DNA of 64,000 bases from an uncultured Aliarcobacter sp. (GTDB lineage Bacteria > Campylobacterota > Campylobacteria > Campylobacterales > Arcobacteraceae): assembly GCA_963677435.1 (NCBI GenBank), contig OY781945.1, positions 2,688,001 to 2,752,000 of the forward strand, given 5' to 3'. A program made the translations under genes and the position numbers. Below are positions 62,031 through 64,000 of the stretch, piece by piece (the first letter of the stretch is position 1; each line of letters starts with the position of its first letter). A model generated the notes under the pieces. The model did no database searches and was not told the DNA's origin. It saw nothing but the letters and a program-made list of their open reading frames with translations.

Positions 62031-62393
62031 TTATTGTACTAAATTTACAGGTTCACCCCAAAATTGAGAAGATATTAAATACTCCTCAACAGGGTTTCCA
62101 CCTAATATATGTTCTTGTACTATTTTATCTATTTTTTCCTTAGACACAGAAGCATACATATGATGTCCAGGTTCCACTAACATTAAAGGTCCCATTTGAC
62201 ATCTTCCTAAACATGAAGTTCTTACAATTTGAACAGGTCCCATAACACCTGCTTTCATTAAACTTTGTGCTGCATAATTAAATAAATCTCTTGTATTTTC
62301 ATTTACACATGATGGTTTTGGCATTCCAGGAGGTGACGATTGTTCGCACTTAAATATATAAAATGTTGGTTGGGGAATACTTGGCATTTCCAT
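62031..62393 (-). CDS. Thioredoxin-like [2Fe-2S] ferredoxin
   Basis: C...C...TSCLGRCQMGP; HILGGNPV. Confidence 0.88.
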   Translation of the reverse strand: MEMPSIPQPTFYIFKCEQSSPPGMPKPSCVNENTRDLFNYAAQSLMKAGVMGPVQIVRTSCLGRCQMGPLMLVEPGHHMYASVSKEKIDKIVQEHILGGNPVEEYLISSQFWGEPVNLVQ

Positions 62394-62532
62394 AATTTTT
62401 CCTTTTTTAGAACATTTTATAACAATTTTCTGAATTTTAACACTTTTTATTTAAATTCAACTAAAAAAATTTCTTTTATGTTTCTTTAAATCTAAAATAA
62501 TATACTATTTCCCAAATTTACTAAATTAAGGG

Positions 62533-63072
62533 TTGTTTATGAAAAAAATATTCTTTATTCTTTTTTCATTTGTTTTACTTTTGAAAGCTTCAAATCCTAT
62601 TGCGACACTTGAAACTACAAAAGGGAATATTAAAATAGAGTTAAGAGCTGATTTAGCTCCAAAAGCTGTAGAGAACTTTGTAACTCATTCAAAAAATGGT
62701 TATTACAATGGTCTTATTTTCCATAGAGTTATAAAAGACTTTATGATTCAAGGTGGAGATCCAACAGGAACTGGTGCCGGTGGTGAGTCAATTTGGGGAG
62801 GGAAATTTGCAGATGAATTTGCTCCAAATGCTGTATTCGATAAAGCAGGAATACTTGCAATGGCGAATGCGGGTCCAAATACTAATGGAAGTCAATTTTT
62901 CATTACAACAGTACCTACATATTGGTTAAATGGAAGACACACAATTTTTGGTTATGTTAAAGAGGGATTTGATGTAGTGAAAAAAATTGAAAATGTTCCA
63001 ACAACAAGTAGATATGAGGGAAATAAACCTTTAGAAGATATAAAAATTATATCTATCAAAATAGAAGAATAA
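62533..63072 (+). CDS. Exported cyclophilin-type peptidyl-prolyl isomerase
   Basis: Signal peptide; [27 protein letters not shown]. Confidence 0.95.
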   Translation: MFMKKIFFILFSFVLLLKASNPIATLETTKGNIKIELRADLAPKAVENFVTHSKNGYYNGLIFHRVIKDFMIQGGDPTGTGAGGESIWGGKFADEFAPNAVFDKAGILAMANAGPNTNGSQFFITTVPTYWLNGRHTIFGYVKEGFDVVKKIENVPTTSRYEGNKPLEDIKIISIKIEE

Positions 63073-63094
63073 ATCAAGATTTTCTTGATTTATT
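63068..63094. terminator. Hairpin between convergent genes
   Basis: AATAAATCAAGA-TTT-TCTTGATTTATT. Confidence 0.6.
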
Positions 63095-63095
63095 C

Positions 63096-64000
63096 CTAAT
63101 TAAATATCTTATTCATAAAAGTTGTATCACCGTGAGCAATTATTTGTTTTTCTAAACTCTCAATTCTTGCAGTCTCTTTTTTTGCTTTTTCTTTCCAATA
63201 CTCAAGTTTTTGCAATAAAACATCATCTGTTTGAATAGAATCTATTTTTTCTTGTAACTCACTAATTTGTTCTTCTAACTCTGCAATTTTAATCTCATAA
63301 TTAACTCTTTGCTGAGAAATAGTTTTCTCATCTTCTAATCCAAGCTGAGTCAATTTATCTTTTAATTTTTTATTTTCTAGTCTTAAATCACTATTCTCTT
63401 TTGAAAATTTAAATGCTGTATTTGTATTTGAATTTTTCTTATATAAACCTAGTTCTGTTTTAAGATTCTTATTTTCTAATCTAAATTTTTCATTATTATA
63501 AATATATCTATCTATATTTTTCAATGATTGTTCTAATTCAATTTGTACTTTTTCTAACTTATATTTTAAATCATTAATTACTTGATTTTGTTCTAAACTT
63601 CCTTCTTTACTCTTTATAAAAAAGTCACTTTTCTCTCGCATTAAAGCTAATTGTATTTCTCTTTTTTTATTTAATTCTTCAGTTATATCTTTTTGAACTG
63701 AAATCGCACCTGTCATTTCACCTGTTTCATCAAGAGTTGGAATTACATAGGCATCAGTAGTAAAAGAGCTACCATCTTTTTTTATGTTTTTTAGCTTACC
63801 TTTCCAAGGTTTATTATTTAAAATATTTGCATACAAATTTGTATAAATATCATTTCCCACATCCTGATATTTCAAATATTTAAACTCTTTACCAAGTAAA
63901 TCTTCAGCAGAAAATCCAGATATTTGACAAAAATGTTCATTCACATAAGTAATATTTAAATGTGTATCCATTTTTATAACAATATTATTTAAGTCTATAA
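63096..64000 (-). CDS. PAS-domain signalling protein with long C-terminal coiled coil (5' part outside the window)
   Basis: ITYVNEHF..ISGF...W.G..KNIKKDGS PAS motif; reading frame open to the window edge. Confidence 0.75.
   Translation of the reverse strand, partial: IDLNNIVIKMDTHLNITYVNEHFCQISGFSAEDLLGKEFKYLKYQDVGNDIYTNLYANILNNKPWKGKLKNIKKDGSSFTTDAYVIPTLDETGEMTGAISVQKDITEELNKKREIQLALMREKSDFFIKSKEGSLEQNQVINDLKYKLEKVQIELEQSLKNIDRYIYNNEKFRLENKNLKTELGLYKKNSNTNTAFKFSKENSDLRLENKKLKDKLTQLGLEDEKTISQQRVNYEIKIAELEEQISELQEKIDSIQTDDVLLQKLEYWKEKAKKETARIESLEKQIIAHGDTTFMNKIFN

Overview
Low-GC (AT-rich) chromosomal window from a Campylobacterota bacterium, most likely Arcobacteraceae (inferred from gene content and protein style). 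No rRNA, tRNA, CRISPR, integrase or transposase was recognised. The backbone is housekeeping genes (hisA, leuA, ftsH, prmA, dusB, rlmH, thiE, accD, metK, glmS, suhB, groES/groEL, ispA, panD, a cyclophilin). Two accessory blocks stand out. (1) 4.3-19.7 kb holds two divergent tandem copies of the quinohemoprotein amine dehydrogenase operon (qhpA-D-C-B). Each copy faces an AraC regulator, and they share one set of maturation genes (qhpF/E/G). One beta subunit carries a lipobox, a TorF-like porin gene sits in the cluster, and both promoters share a conserved 40-bp composite operator. (2) 48.8-56.8 kb holds a nine-gene operon built around a divergent cbb3/NOR-like heme-copper-superfamily membrane protein that appears to lack one non-heme-metal His ligand. 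It also encodes a MacB/LolCDE-type ABC pair, YceI, a metallophosphoesterase and an OmpR-type two-component system, with an 11-bp triple direct repeat in its promoter. Other notable items: a MutS-HNH fusion (MutS7 type); an unannotated Leu-rich leader peptide before leuA; an ATGGAAAAC repeat array with a hairpin before metK; a promoter-RBS-12-codon ORF-terminator mini-unit; a His-less pseudo-histidine kinase in a c-di-GMP phosphodiesterase operon; and a DUF1538x2-PII fusion. All calls come from reading motifs by eye; no searches were run.
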